DNA from: an uncultured Anaeroplasmataceae bacterium
GTDB lineage: Bacteria; Bacillota_I; Bacilli_A; Acholeplasmatales; Anaeroplasmataceae
Length of the DNA: 61,448 bases
Assembly (NCBI GenBank): GCA_964595145.1
Contig: CAZQOM010000001.1
Location: 1-61,448 of the forward strand
Reading direction: 5' to 3'
The translations under genes and the position numbers were made by a program. Under the pieces are notes generated by a model. It had not been told where the DNA came from. It saw nothing but the letters and a program-made list of their open reading frames with translations, and ran no database searches. This document shows, one piece after another, positions 21,454 through 30,571 of the stretch (position 1 is the first letter of the stretch; the number at the start of each line of letters is the position of its first letter).

Positions 21454-21735
21454 CTATTTACCTAAAAGCATTAATGCAACAATGAAACCATATAAACCTG
21501 TAGTTTCTGATACTGCTTGACCAATAAGCATTGTTATTGTAATTTTTCCTGAAGCTTCAGGTTGTCTACCAATAGCCTCAACAGCCTTTGCAGCAACATT
21601 ACCTTCACCTATAGCAGCACCAACACCTGTAAATACTGCAATACCAGCTCCTATATAAGCCATACCACTTTTGAAAAATTCATTATATGAAGCAACAGCT
21701 TCTAAAAATTGTGTAATAAATGTTAAAATTTGCAT
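21454..21735 (-). CDS. atpE: F-type ATPase c subunit (two-carboxylate, Na+-type site; N-terminal extension)
   Basis: It is a hairpin protein with the RQPE loop. GVGAAIGEGN...GQAVSETTGLY aligns without gaps to the Ilyobacter tartaricus c subunit GIGPGVGQGY...GQAVAESTGIY. Confidence 0.9.
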   Translation of the reverse strand: MQILTFITQFLEAVASYNEFFKSGMAYIGAGIAVFTGVGAAIGEGNVAAKAVEAIGRQPEASGKITITMLIGQAVSETTGLYGFIVALMLLGK

Positions 21736-21754
21736 TTTTTTATTTCTCCTTTAA

Positions 21755-22438
21755 TTAAAATATTTTTTCTTCATCATCAATTTTCATTGATGTAAAAATT
21801 ATTGTTAGAATTACAAACACTGCTGTTTGTATTATACCAAAACCAATATCAAATACGATATTTATTAGAGGCATAACAGGAATTGCAAACCATCCTAAGA
21901 ATCCTTTAATAAGTAACGCTATAACACTACCACTAATAATATTACCAAATAAACGTAAACATAAAGAAATCGGTAATGAAAATTCACTAATTATATTCAT
22001 TGGTAGCATTACAGGATTAGGACTTAAAAATCCCTTTAAATAGCCTAAAAATCCATTAGAAGCAATGCCAGCTCCTTGAATAACAAAAAATGATGTTAAA
22101 GCTAAAGCAAGTGTAATAATTATATAGCTTGTCGGATTTTCAAGTAAAAATACTGCAGAAATATTCGAAAAGAATATAAATATTGTTATTGTTAAAAACC
22201 ATGGTGAAAAAGATTTCCATCTTTTCCCTATATTTTGTTTAACAAAATTATTTATTATATCAATAAGCATCATAAATGGCATAAGCCATAATGGTGTTTT
22301 CTTTAATGGGTCTACCTTTTTAATTTTAAAACTCATCAAAATAAATATGATTGATAAAACGACTACTATGATAAGCGTTGAAACAATTGGCTTTGGAATT
22401 GTACTTATATCACAAAAGCTTCGCCAAAATTCTTCCAC
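21755..22438 (-). CDS. atpB: F-type ATPase a subunit
   Basis: It is polytopic, with the conserved Arg in LCLRLFGNIISG. Its operon position fits. Confidence 0.9.
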   Translation of the reverse strand: MEEFWRSFCDISTIPKPIVSTLIIVVVLSIIFILMSFKIKKVDPLKKTPLWLMPFMMLIDIINNFVKQNIGKRWKSFSPWFLTITIFIFFSNISAVFLLENPTSYIIITLALALTSFFVIQGAGIASNGFLGYLKGFLSPNPVMLPMNIISEFSLPISLCLRLFGNIISGSVIALLIKGFLGWFAIPVMPLINIVFDIGFGIIQTAVFVILTIIFTSMKIDDEEKIF

Positions 22439-22854
22439 TAGTTATTCACCTTCTTTCTAAAGATTAAATAAACTATAACCATTACAACCTTTATAGTAGC
22501 ATAGCCACCAAAAGCTATAACGATATTCCAATTATTTTCATTATTATTATAAACTTCTTTAAAGAAAATAGCCAAAAATATGCCAATAAATACAAGCATC
22601 CTTAATCCAAGCCCAATCCAAGCTTGTTTTTTTGCCATAGCTGAAGCTGTATCAGGATAAAGCTCAGATAATCTTAATATTCTTCTATTAGTTTTCATCA
22701 TTAAACCGAAATTTAATAGTCCTGTACATACACCAATTAGATAATACATCCAATCATAGCCAAGACAACCAATAATAATTGCAACAATAGCAGCAACAAC
22801 CCAGGTTATTGGAACAACTAATAAACTAAATTTATAATCACTGGTTTTTTCCAT
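22438..22854 (-). CDS. atpI: ATP synthase protein I-like membrane protein
   Basis: The 138-aa, 4-TM protein is immediately upstream of atpB and shares 1 nt with it. This is the classical atpI position. Confidence 0.55.
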   Translation of the reverse strand: MEKTSDYKFSLLVVPITWVVAAIVAIIIGCLGYDWMYYLIGVCTGLLNFGLMMKTNRRILRLSELYPDTASAMAKKQAWIGLGLRMLVFIGIFLAIFFKEVYNNNENNWNIVIAFGGYATIKVVMVIVYLIFRKKVNN

Positions 22855-23062
22855 TTTTATCCTCCTCTTTTGACATTTTTAAAAGAGTATAAATAAAGCT
22901 AACTAAACCACAAAATCCTAATATCACAGCTAATACTGCTGGCCATACTGAATCCTTATTTATTGCTTTACCAATAAAAAAGCCTATTAACACAAGAACT
23001 ACTATAGTTAGTAGCCCTTGTGTTGCTAAAACATAAAATTTAGCATATTTAGAAAACTTCAT
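22838..23062 (-). CDS. AtpZ/AtpR-like small membrane protein (F0F1-associated, 2 TM)
   Basis: It is a small 2-TM protein upstream of atpI. The likely start MKFSKYAKF at 23062 overlaps the upp stop as TAATG. The track's longer form (to 23092) would overlap upp by 31 nt. Confidence 0.5.
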   Translation of the reverse strand: MKFSKYAKFYVLATQGLLTIVVLVLIGFFIGKAINKDSVWPAVLAVILGFCGLVSFIYTLLKMSKEEDKNGKNQ

Positions 23063-23685
23063 TATTTTGTTCCAAATAAACGGTCGCCACAATCACCAAG
23101 ACCGGGAACAATATACCCATTTTCGTTTAATTTCTCATCTAGCGCAGCTAAATAAATATCAACATCTGGATGTTTTTCCTTTAATAATTCAACACCCTCA
23201 GGCGCACCAACTAAACCAACATAGCGAATATCTTTACATCCTCTAGCTTTAAGCATAGATATAGCTGCTGCAGCACTACCTCCTGTTGCAAGCATAGGAT
23301 CAACAACTAATACAATTGAATTAGTTATTGTTTCAGGAAATTTAGCATAATATTCACAAGGCTCTAAAGTTTCTTCATTACGATATAAACCAATAAAGCC
23401 TACCTTTGCAGTTGGAATTAATCTTCTAATACCTTCAACCATACCAAGACCTGCTCTTAAAATAGGAACGATAACAACATCATTAGCAAGTTCATGTTGA
23501 ACTGAATCACAAATAGGTGTAGATATTTCTACTTCTTTTAATGGAAAATCTCTTGTGATTTCATATGCCATTAAGCCAGCAATTTCTTCAACATTTTGAT
23601 AGAAATCTTTCATCTTAGTATCCTTTTTTCTAATATTAGTAAGCTTATGCTTAATTAGTGGGTGATTTAATAATACAAAACTCAT
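23062..23685 (-). CDS. upp: Uracil phosphoribosyltransferase
   Basis: Motifs include the PRPP loop [13 protein letters not shown] and the C-terminal [16 protein letters not shown]. Confidence 0.95.
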   Translation of the reverse strand: MSFVLLNHPLIKHKLTNIRKKDTKMKDFYQNVEEIAGLMAYEITRDFPLKEVEISTPICDSVQHELANDVVIVPILRAGLGMVEGIRRLIPTAKVGFIGLYRNEETLEPCEYYAKFPETITNSIVLVVDPMLATGGSAAAAISMLKARGCKDIRYVGLVGAPEGVELLKEKHPDVDIYLAALDEKLNENGYIVPGLGDCGDRLFGTK

Positions 23686-24131
23686 AAATTCTTCTCCTCA
23701 TATTCTTTAATTTTTTCTACTCTTTTTACATGTCTTTCTCCAAAAGAAAAGGGTGTATCTAGCCATACTTTAACAATTTGTTTTGCAAGTTCTTTATCTG
23801 TATATTTAGCAGATAAAGCTAAGCAATTAGAATCATTATGTTCTCTTGTCAAAATAGCTTCTTCAACATAGTGAACTAATGAACAACGAACACCTTTAAC
23901 CTTATTTGCGATGATAGACATACCAATACCTGTATAGCAAATAACTATACCACGATCGGCATTTCCATTTTTTAAATCCTCAGCTACTTTAATACCAAAA
24001 TCAGTATAATCACAACTATCTTTTGTAAATGTACCATAATCTATGACATCATTTCCTAAAGTTTTAAGATAACTTACAACTTCGTTTTTTAACTCTAGTG
24101 CAGAGTGATCACAGCCTATTGATATTCTCAC
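23682..24131 (-). CDS. rpiB: Ribose-5-phosphate isomerase B
   Basis: Motifs [10 protein letters not shown] and [17 protein letters not shown] are present. The GTG at 24131 has AGAGGTGA 7 nt upstream and is preferred over the track start at 24164. Confidence 0.88.
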   Translation of the reverse strand: MRISIGCDHSALELKNEVVSYLKTLGNDVIDYGTFTKDSCDYTDFGIKVAEDLKNGNADRGIVICYTGIGMSIIANKVKGVRCSLVHYVEEAILTREHNDSNCLALSAKYTDKELAKQIVKVWLDTPFSFGERHVKRVEKIKEYEEKNL

Positions 24132-24352
24132 CTTTTCTTCACCTCTTCTTATATTTTTTACCATGATTTTTTAATCATAGTACTTCATTAAAATTATATC
24201 ACAAACACAATAAAATAAAAAGATAATATTTTTACTTATTTTGTTAATTCTTCACTTACAAATAATACTTAAAATTAAAAAATTATTAGATAAAATAAAA
24301 AGGATAACCTTAAGCTACCCTAATTATCATTTATTTTATAGTAATTATACTA

Positions 24353-24502
24353 TTATTCATAAGTTATTAGCCAATCATTAATATCAATTATTCTTATTCC
24401 CTCATAAATATATTCCGGATGTTTTGTTCTGGCAATTAATAATTTAGGATATAAATCCTTTATTTTTAACAATGATTCTATTTCTCTATCAATTGTTTTC
24501 AT
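24353..24502 (-). pseudogene. 49-aa ORF resembling only the extreme C-terminus of an AAA_14/DUF4143-type ATPase. It is a probable gene remnant, or possibly a genuine small gene.
   Basis: It is not in the track. The minus strand has AGGTGA, 5 nt, then ATG. The translation is MKTIDREIESLLKIKDLYPKLLIARTKHPEYIYEGIRIIDINDWLITYE. The RE..L...LLI....I..I..WL pattern is what I recall for the tail of DUF4143 ATPases. No upstream ATPase body is present. Confidence 0.3.
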
Positions 24503-24621
24503 TTTTTTCACCTGCAGTTATTATTTTAATACTTTTTTTGAAAAAACAATTATTTTTTTATTTTTTTCGAAATGAACTTGTGTTTAAACTTCAAGAAAAT
24601 AAAATTTATAGTAATGATTAT

Positions 24622-24652
24622 ATAAAAAAGACATACCAACTTGATATGTCTT
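24622..24652 (-). terminator. Rho-independent terminator after the second flavoprotein gene
   Basis: The minus strand reads AAGACAUA-loop-UAUGUCUU followed by UUUUUAUAUAA. Confidence 0.7.
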
Positions 24653-24663
24653 ATACTATAAAA

Positions 24664-26601
24664 TTAATTTATTGAATTAGCAGCAAGATAACCAGTAGTT
24701 ATTGCGTTATCTACTGTACAAGGAGCTTCTTGTTTGCAGTCACCTGCATAAATAACATTAGCATTAACACCTGTTAAATCTAAAGCTAATTTCTTACTAG
24801 ATAAAGCACGAATAATTGTATCTGCTTCTATAAATTCTTTAGATATAACATTATTATCTTTATCAATTACTTCTGTTTGAATTCCATTTTCTTTTATTTC
24901 TACAATCTTATGTAATGTATATGTCTTTACACCACAAGTCTTAAATTCAGCCATCATTGTAGGTAAAATAGTCTTAGATTCTTCTTTAGCTACTGTATCT
25001 TGCATTTCAACTATTCCAACCTCATAGCCCTTTGTCGCAAGTAATTCAGCAGTTTCACAACCTACTAAACCACCACCAGCTATTAATACCTTACCACTTG
25101 CAAGGCTTGGATTTTTTAATACCTCCCAAGCATCAAGAGTATGCTCGATACCAGGTATTCCTGGAGTTGAGTTTACTGCTCCAATACAAACTATAATATC
25201 ATCATAATTATTAGCTTCATCTTTATTAAATGGATGATTTAATAATACTTCAATATTATATTCTTTAATTATATTATCATAATATTTGCAAACTCTAAGC
25301 ATTTCATTTTTTCTTGGTGGAAGTGATGCAACTTGAATTTGACCATATAATTTATCTGTTTTTTCTATAACAGTAACCTTATGTCCCTTTAATGTTGCAA
25401 CTCTTGCAGCTTCTAAACCAGCAAGACCTCCACCAACAACTAATACCTTATGTTGTTTTTCTGCTTTAGTGATAAATCTTTCATATTCATAACCATTTTC
25501 AGGATTTAATACACATGAAATAAAACGAGATGCCATAATTGAATCTGTACAGCCCTTATTACAGCAAATACATTGTCTAATTAAATGTTTTTGATTATTT
25601 TCTAATTTTCTAACCAAATCCTCATCAGCAAGTAATCCTCTACCAAAAGCAACAATATCACAAGTACCTTCTTCAACTAGCTTTTCAGCATCATCAATTA
25701 AAATACGACCAACAGTTGAAACAGGAATAGATACTGCATTTTTTACAAGTCTACATTCTTCCACCATAAAAGAATAATCTCTTGTTCCCATAGCTGGAAT
25801 TGTATCATTCATATTACCAGTATGATTTGCTTGAGCAACATGAATTGTATGTACTCCAGCAGCTTCTAATCTTTTAGCTAATTCAACAGCTTCTTCAATT
25901 AATAAGCCGCCTTTTCCTATTAATGAACCATCCTTTTGAACAGTTACAATAGGTAATTTATAATCAATAGTGATAGTTGAACTTGCGGCTTTAATAGCCT
26001 CTACTACTTCTAAAGCAAAACGAATACGATTTTCAAAACATCCACCATATTCATCTGTTCTATGATTTAAAATAGTTGAACATAATGATCCTACTAAACG
26101 GTCACCATGTACCTCGATAACATCAACACCAGCTTTCACAGCACGTTTAACACATGCAGTTATTTTATCTAAGATAACTTTAATTTGATCATGTGAAACC
26201 TCAGAAACATAATGTTGCATATCATAATGTAATTTAGCAAATATTTCTTGTCTTGATTTTCCTTCCTTCATCATTTGCATTAATGCATCACAATCATAAT
26301 CTGGATGGAAAATTTGAAGTCCTAATTTACAATCAAATTCATGACAAGCATCTGCTAATTTTTTATATGATTCAATTTGTGAATCTAAATATAATTTTGG
26401 TGTAGGTGATAATGTAGCTGTTGGAACAACATCTCCTATAACAATATATCCTACTCCACCTTCAGCTAATCTTTTATAAAAATTAAAAGATTTAGGTCCA
26501 ATTGTACCATCTTTTTCCTCATAACCTGTAGTTAATGGTGGAAACATTATTCTATTTTTAAAGGTAGTATGTCCTACCTTAATTGGTTCTAATAATTTCA
26601 T
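24664..26601 (-). CDS. Enoate-reductase / 2,4-dienoyl-CoA-reductase-like flavoprotein (OYE-type FMN domain, 4Fe-4S motif, FAD/NAD(P)-binding domain), copy 2
   Basis: The 645-aa ORF has the N-terminal OYE pattern FKNRIMFPPL, the Cys cluster CICCNKGC...C, and Rossmann motifs VVGGGLAGLEAA and IAGGGLVGCE. Confidence 0.8.
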   Translation of the reverse strand: MKLLEPIKVGHTTFKNRIMFPPLTTGYEEKDGTIGPKSFNFYKRLAEGGVGYIVIGDVVPTATLSPTPKLYLDSQIESYKKLADACHEFDCKLGLQIFHPDYDCDALMQMMKEGKSRQEIFAKLHYDMQHYVSEVSHDQIKVILDKITACVKRAVKAGVDVIEVHGDRLVGSLCSTILNHRTDEYGGCFENRIRFALEVVEAIKAASSTITIDYKLPIVTVQKDGSLIGKGGLLIEEAVELAKRLEAAGVHTIHVAQANHTGNMNDTIPAMGTRDYSFMVEECRLVKNAVSIPVSTVGRILIDDAEKLVEEGTCDIVAFGRGLLADEDLVRKLENNQKHLIRQCICCNKGCTDSIMASRFISCVLNPENGYEYERFITKAEKQHKVLVVGGGLAGLEAARVATLKGHKVTVIEKTDKLYGQIQVASLPPRKNEMLRVCKYYDNIIKEYNIEVLLNHPFNKDEANNYDDIIVCIGAVNSTPGIPGIEHTLDAWEVLKNPSLASGKVLIAGGGLVGCETAELLATKGYEVGIVEMQDTVAKEESKTILPTMMAEFKTCGVKTYTLHKIVEIKENGIQTEVIDKDNNVISKEFIEADTIIRALSSKKLALDLTGVNANVIYAGDCKQEAPCTVDNAITTGYLAANSIN

Positions 26602-26624
26602 TTTATTTACTTCCTTTTCTTTTT

Positions 26625-28568
26625 TTAAATATTTTTTGTAAGTTCAAACGCATCTGATATTGCTTCTTTAACTGAAGCTGAAGCTTTCGCATCTCCTATA
26701 ATATGAACAGTAAGATTATTTTGTTTTAATTCATTTATAAATGACTCATTGCTTTTATAACCAACAGCAAATAATAAACTATCTGCATCATTAATAATAG
26801 TTTTATTACCATTTACGCTATATTCAATTTCATTTTCACTTACGTTTGTAACTGTAGCGTTATTTATTAATTTAACACCCTTAGCTAATAATCTTTTCAT
26901 AACAGCAGAACGACCTGCACCACTATCTTTCATCATCATAAAGCTTTGAGACTCTATTACTGTTATATCTCTATTTCTAGGAGCTAAATCATTAATCATT
27001 GGCGCTAAATAATCTGCAGTTTCACATCCTACTGCTCCGCCACCAATTATAACAACCTTTCTACCTGGATTAACTCGACCAAGCAATACATCCTCACAAG
27101 TTGCGGTTAATTTAAAGTTTGCAAGAGATTTTATAATAATTGGATCAGCACCAATTGATAAAATTATTTCATAGTCTTTAAATTCATTTAAAATTAATTC
27201 TTTTGTAGCAAGAGTATTAAATCTAACATCAATACCTTCATTTTCAACTCTTTTATACAGATATTTAATTAATTTTGATAAATCATTTTTAGCAATAGGA
27301 ACACTTGCAGCATTTAAAAGTCCACCAGGTCTTATATCTTTTTCTAATACAACAACATTATGTCCTCTTTTTTTAGCAATATATGAAGCCTCTAAACCAG
27401 CAGGACCTGTTCCTATAACTAATATATTTTTCTTAATCTTAGAAGGTAAAATAGTATCCTCATTTAAAAGTTCAAATGAAGGATTAACAGAACAAGCTAT
27501 TCTTTTACCAAACATTATTCCGTTTAAGCATTTTAAGCAACCTATACAAGGTCTTATTTCATCTGTTTTGTTAGTTAAAGCTTTATTAGCAAAATCAGGG
27601 TCACATAAATTAGGTCTACCTATTAAAACTGCATCACAACTACCATTTGCAATTAATTCATTAGCTATCCAAGGCTCTAAAATACGTCCAACTGTTGCAA
27701 CAGGAATAGAAACATGTTTTTTTATTTCTTTTGCAGCATCAGCATGACTTCCCATTTTAGTTCCTGAAGCTGGTATAGCAGATCCTCTTAGAATAGTCAT
27801 ACCACCTGATACATGAAGCATATCAGCACCTTCTTCTTCTAAACGCTTTGCAACATATATCATATCATTAATATTATTTCCGCCGTCCTGATAATCATCA
27901 CCAGAAATTCTTACATCAATGATAAAATCATTTCCACATTTTTCTCTAACAGCTCTTAAAACCTCTAAAGTTAATCTTAATCTTGATTCTAAATCTCCAC
28001 CATATTCATCTGTTCTTTTATTATAATATGGTGATAAAAATCCTCCTAATAATCCATGTGAATGGGCTGCATGAATTTCAACACCATCACCACCAGCCTG
28101 TTTAACACGATAAGCTGCATCACTAAACTGTGAAATAATTACCTTTAATTCTTCTTTAGTTACTTCTCTTGGAGCTTGTTTTAAATAGCTAGGTCCAATC
28201 CATGATGGAGCAATAAGTTGTGGTGTATTAGGCATTGGAAATGCCATAAATGCAGGGTGAAATAATTGTGGTAATATTAATGAATTATATTCATGTACAC
28301 CATCAACAAGTTTCTTCCAACCTTCAATAAATGAATCATCATATATTGACATATCACCAGGTAAATATACATAGGTAGGTTCTACTGTTACAACCTCAGT
28401 TATAAATAAACCTACGCCACCCTTAGCTCTTCTTCTATAATGATTTACAAGTTCATCTGTAACATAGCCATTTTTTCCTAAATTAGTTGATAATGGTGGC
28501 ATAAATATTCTATTTTTAACTATTTTATTACCAATTTTAATTGGTTTATTTAATTCTTCAAATTTCAT
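26625..28568 (-). CDS. Enoate-reductase / 2,4-dienoyl-CoA-reductase-like flavoprotein, copy 1
   Basis: The 647-aa ORF contains VKNRIFMPPL, EIHAAHSHGLL, CIGCLKC...C, VIGTGPAGLEAS and IIGGGAVGCE. It is a diverged paralogue of the downstream gene. Confidence 0.8.
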   Translation of the reverse strand: MKFEELNKPIKIGNKIVKNRIFMPPLSTNLGKNGYVTDELVNHYRRRAKGGVGLFITEVVTVEPTYVYLPGDMSIYDDSFIEGWKKLVDGVHEYNSLILPQLFHPAFMAFPMPNTPQLIAPSWIGPSYLKQAPREVTKEELKVIISQFSDAAYRVKQAGGDGVEIHAAHSHGLLGGFLSPYYNKRTDEYGGDLESRLRLTLEVLRAVREKCGNDFIIDVRISGDDYQDGGNNINDMIYVAKRLEEEGADMLHVSGGMTILRGSAIPASGTKMGSHADAAKEIKKHVSIPVATVGRILEPWIANELIANGSCDAVLIGRPNLCDPDFANKALTNKTDEIRPCIGCLKCLNGIMFGKRIACSVNPSFELLNEDTILPSKIKKNILVIGTGPAGLEASYIAKKRGHNVVVLEKDIRPGGLLNAASVPIAKNDLSKLIKYLYKRVENEGIDVRFNTLATKELILNEFKDYEIILSIGADPIIIKSLANFKLTATCEDVLLGRVNPGRKVVIIGGGAVGCETADYLAPMINDLAPRNRDITVIESQSFMMMKDSGAGRSAVMKRLLAKGVKLINNATVTNVSENEIEYSVNGNKTIINDADSLLFAVGYKSNESFINELKQNNLTVHIIGDAKASASVKEAISDAFELTKNI

Positions 28569-28580
28569 ATACTATCCTTT

Positions 28581-28611
28581 AAAAAAGACACTATGATAAG
28601 CTCATAGTGTC
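28581..28611 (-). terminator. Rho-independent terminator after uxuA
   Basis: The minus strand reads GACACUAUGA-GCUUA-UCAUAGUGUC followed by UUUUUU. Confidence 0.75.
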
Positions 28612-28617
28612 AAAATG

Positions 28618-29655
28618 TTACTTTTTTAAATCTTTTTCAACTGCTTCAAATAAACCACTTAAATAAGCAGCACCAAGTGCTCTATCATATAATCCATATC
28701 CAGGCTTTGCATCCTCGCCCCAAATATTTCTACCATGATCTGGTCTTAAATAGCAATCAGAACCATTTTCTACTAATGCTTTAACTATTTCATATATATC
28801 AACATTACCACAAGCTGTTTGATGACCGTTTTCAAAGAAATCAGTATCATTTGTAAATTTAAGTTGTCTTAAATGAGCAAAATAAATACGATTAGCATAT
28901 TTTTTAGCCATTTTAGGTAAATCATTAAATCTACCAGCACCTAAGCTACCTGTACAGAATGTAATACCATTATGCTTATTAGGAACAGCCTTAAATAATC
29001 TATCATAATCAGCCTCACAGCCAACAATTCTAGGTAAATCAAAGATATCCCAAGGTGGATCATCTGGGTGAATAGCCATATTGATACCAGTCTCCTCACA
29101 TGCAGGCATAATTCCGTTTAGGAAATATACAAGATTTTCAAATAGTTTTTCATGAGTCATACCCTTATATTCATCAAGAAGTCCATTTAATTGTTCACTT
29201 GTATAACTTTCATCCCAACCAGGTAATCTTAAATTATGCTTATCTAGTTTAATAAAATCCTCTTCACTATATGATAATGAAGTAGAACCATCAGTATGTT
29301 TATAATATAAATTAGTTCTAAACCAATCAAATACTGGCATAAAATTATAACAAATACATTTTACGCCATATTTACCTAATCTTCTTATATTTTCTGCATA
29401 ATTAGCAATTAATACATCACGATTAGGTTTACCAAGCTTAATATCTTCATGTACAGGAACAGATTCTATTACTTCCATTTCAAGACCTGCCTCTAAAGTA
29501 AGCTTCTTAAGTTTTTCAATACGCTCAATAGGCCATACCTCACCAACTGGAACATCATAAACAGCTGTTACAACACCAGTCATGCCTTGAATTTGTTTAA
29601 TATAATTTAATGGAATACAATCTTTTTCGCCATACCAACGAAAAGTCATCTTCAT
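28618..29655 (-). CDS. uxuA: Mannonate dehydratase
   Basis: The N-terminus MKMTFRWYGEKD and a TIM-barrel xylose-isomerase-like pattern are typical of UxuA. It is adjacent to a mannonate oxidoreductase-type SDR. Confidence 0.85.
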   Translation of the reverse strand: MKMTFRWYGEKDCIPLNYIKQIQGMTGVVTAVYDVPVGEVWPIERIEKLKKLTLEAGLEMEVIESVPVHEDIKLGKPNRDVLIANYAENIRRLGKYGVKCICYNFMPVFDWFRTNLYYKHTDGSTSLSYSEEDFIKLDKHNLRLPGWDESYTSEQLNGLLDEYKGMTHEKLFENLVYFLNGIMPACEETGINMAIHPDDPPWDIFDLPRIVGCEADYDRLFKAVPNKHNGITFCTGSLGAGRFNDLPKMAKKYANRIYFAHLRQLKFTNDTDFFENGHQTACGNVDIYEIVKALVENGSDCYLRPDHGRNIWGEDAKPGYGLYDRALGAAYLSGLFEAVEKDLKK

Positions 29656-29667
29656 ACTTTATTCCTC

Positions 29668-30516
29668 CTAAACTCCAGAATAAGATGAGAAGCCACCATC
29701 AATAGGAATACAAATACCTGTAACAAAAGATGCAGCCTCAGGTGAAACTAAGAATAATGTAGCACCAACTAAATCATCTACTACACCAAATCTATTCATT
29801 GGTGTTGCAGCTAATATTTTACCAGTTCTAGCTGTAGGTGTTCCATCAGGATTCCATAATAATTTTTCATTTTGTTTTGTTGAGAAGAATCCAGGAGCTA
29901 TTGCGTTTACTCTTATACCAACATGAGCAAAATGAACAGCTAACCATTGTGTAAAGTTACTTACAGCAGCCTTAGCACCACTATATGCTGGAATCTTAGT
30001 TAATGGTGTATATGCATTCATTGATGAAATATTTAAAATAGAACAATCTTTTCTACCAACCATATCACTTGCAAAAACTTGTGTTGGAAGTAATGTTCCA
30101 ATAAAGTTTAAATTAAATACAAATTCAACACCTGATTGATCTAAATCAAAGAAAGTTTTCATTTCTTTAATTGAATCATCTAATTCAGCATATTCATTAT
30201 CAGTTGTAGCTCTTGGATTATTTCCACCAGCACCATTAATTAATATATCACATTTACCAAATTCTTTTAAAACTTGTTCATGACATTTAATCAAAGATTC
30301 TTTAACTAAAACGTTAGCTTCAAAACCTTTAGCAATACCACCTTCAGCAACAATTAAATCTGCTTGTTTTTGAGCTGCTTCACAATTTAGGTCAAGTAAT
30401 GCTACCTTAGCACCACATAAAGCTAAAGCCTTAGCTAAATGAGAACAAAGTACTCCACCAGCACCAGTAACAACAGCTACCTTGTTTTTTAAATCTATTT
30501 CAAAAGGTAATTTCAT
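29668..30516 (-). CDS. SDR-family oxidoreductase of the D-mannonate/fructuronate reductase type
   Basis: It contains TGAGGVL, NGAGGNNPRATT, the YSGAK catalytic motif and the C-terminal DGGFSSYSGV. It is coupled to uxuA. Confidence 0.7.
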   Translation of the reverse strand: MKLPFEIDLKNKVAVVTGAGGVLCSHLAKALALCGAKVALLDLNCEAAQKQADLIVAEGGIAKGFEANVLVKESLIKCHEQVLKEFGKCDILINGAGGNNPRATTDNEYAELDDSIKEMKTFFDLDQSGVEFVFNLNFIGTLLPTQVFASDMVGRKDCSILNISSMNAYTPLTKIPAYSGAKAAVSNFTQWLAVHFAHVGIRVNAIAPGFFSTKQNEKLLWNPDGTPTARTGKILAATPMNRFGVVDDLVGATLFLVSPEAASFVTGICIPIDGGFSSYSGV

Positions 30517-30571
30517 AATAAATCCTCCTTTTAGATGAAAGGGGAATTCATCCCCTTATATCTAAATTATA

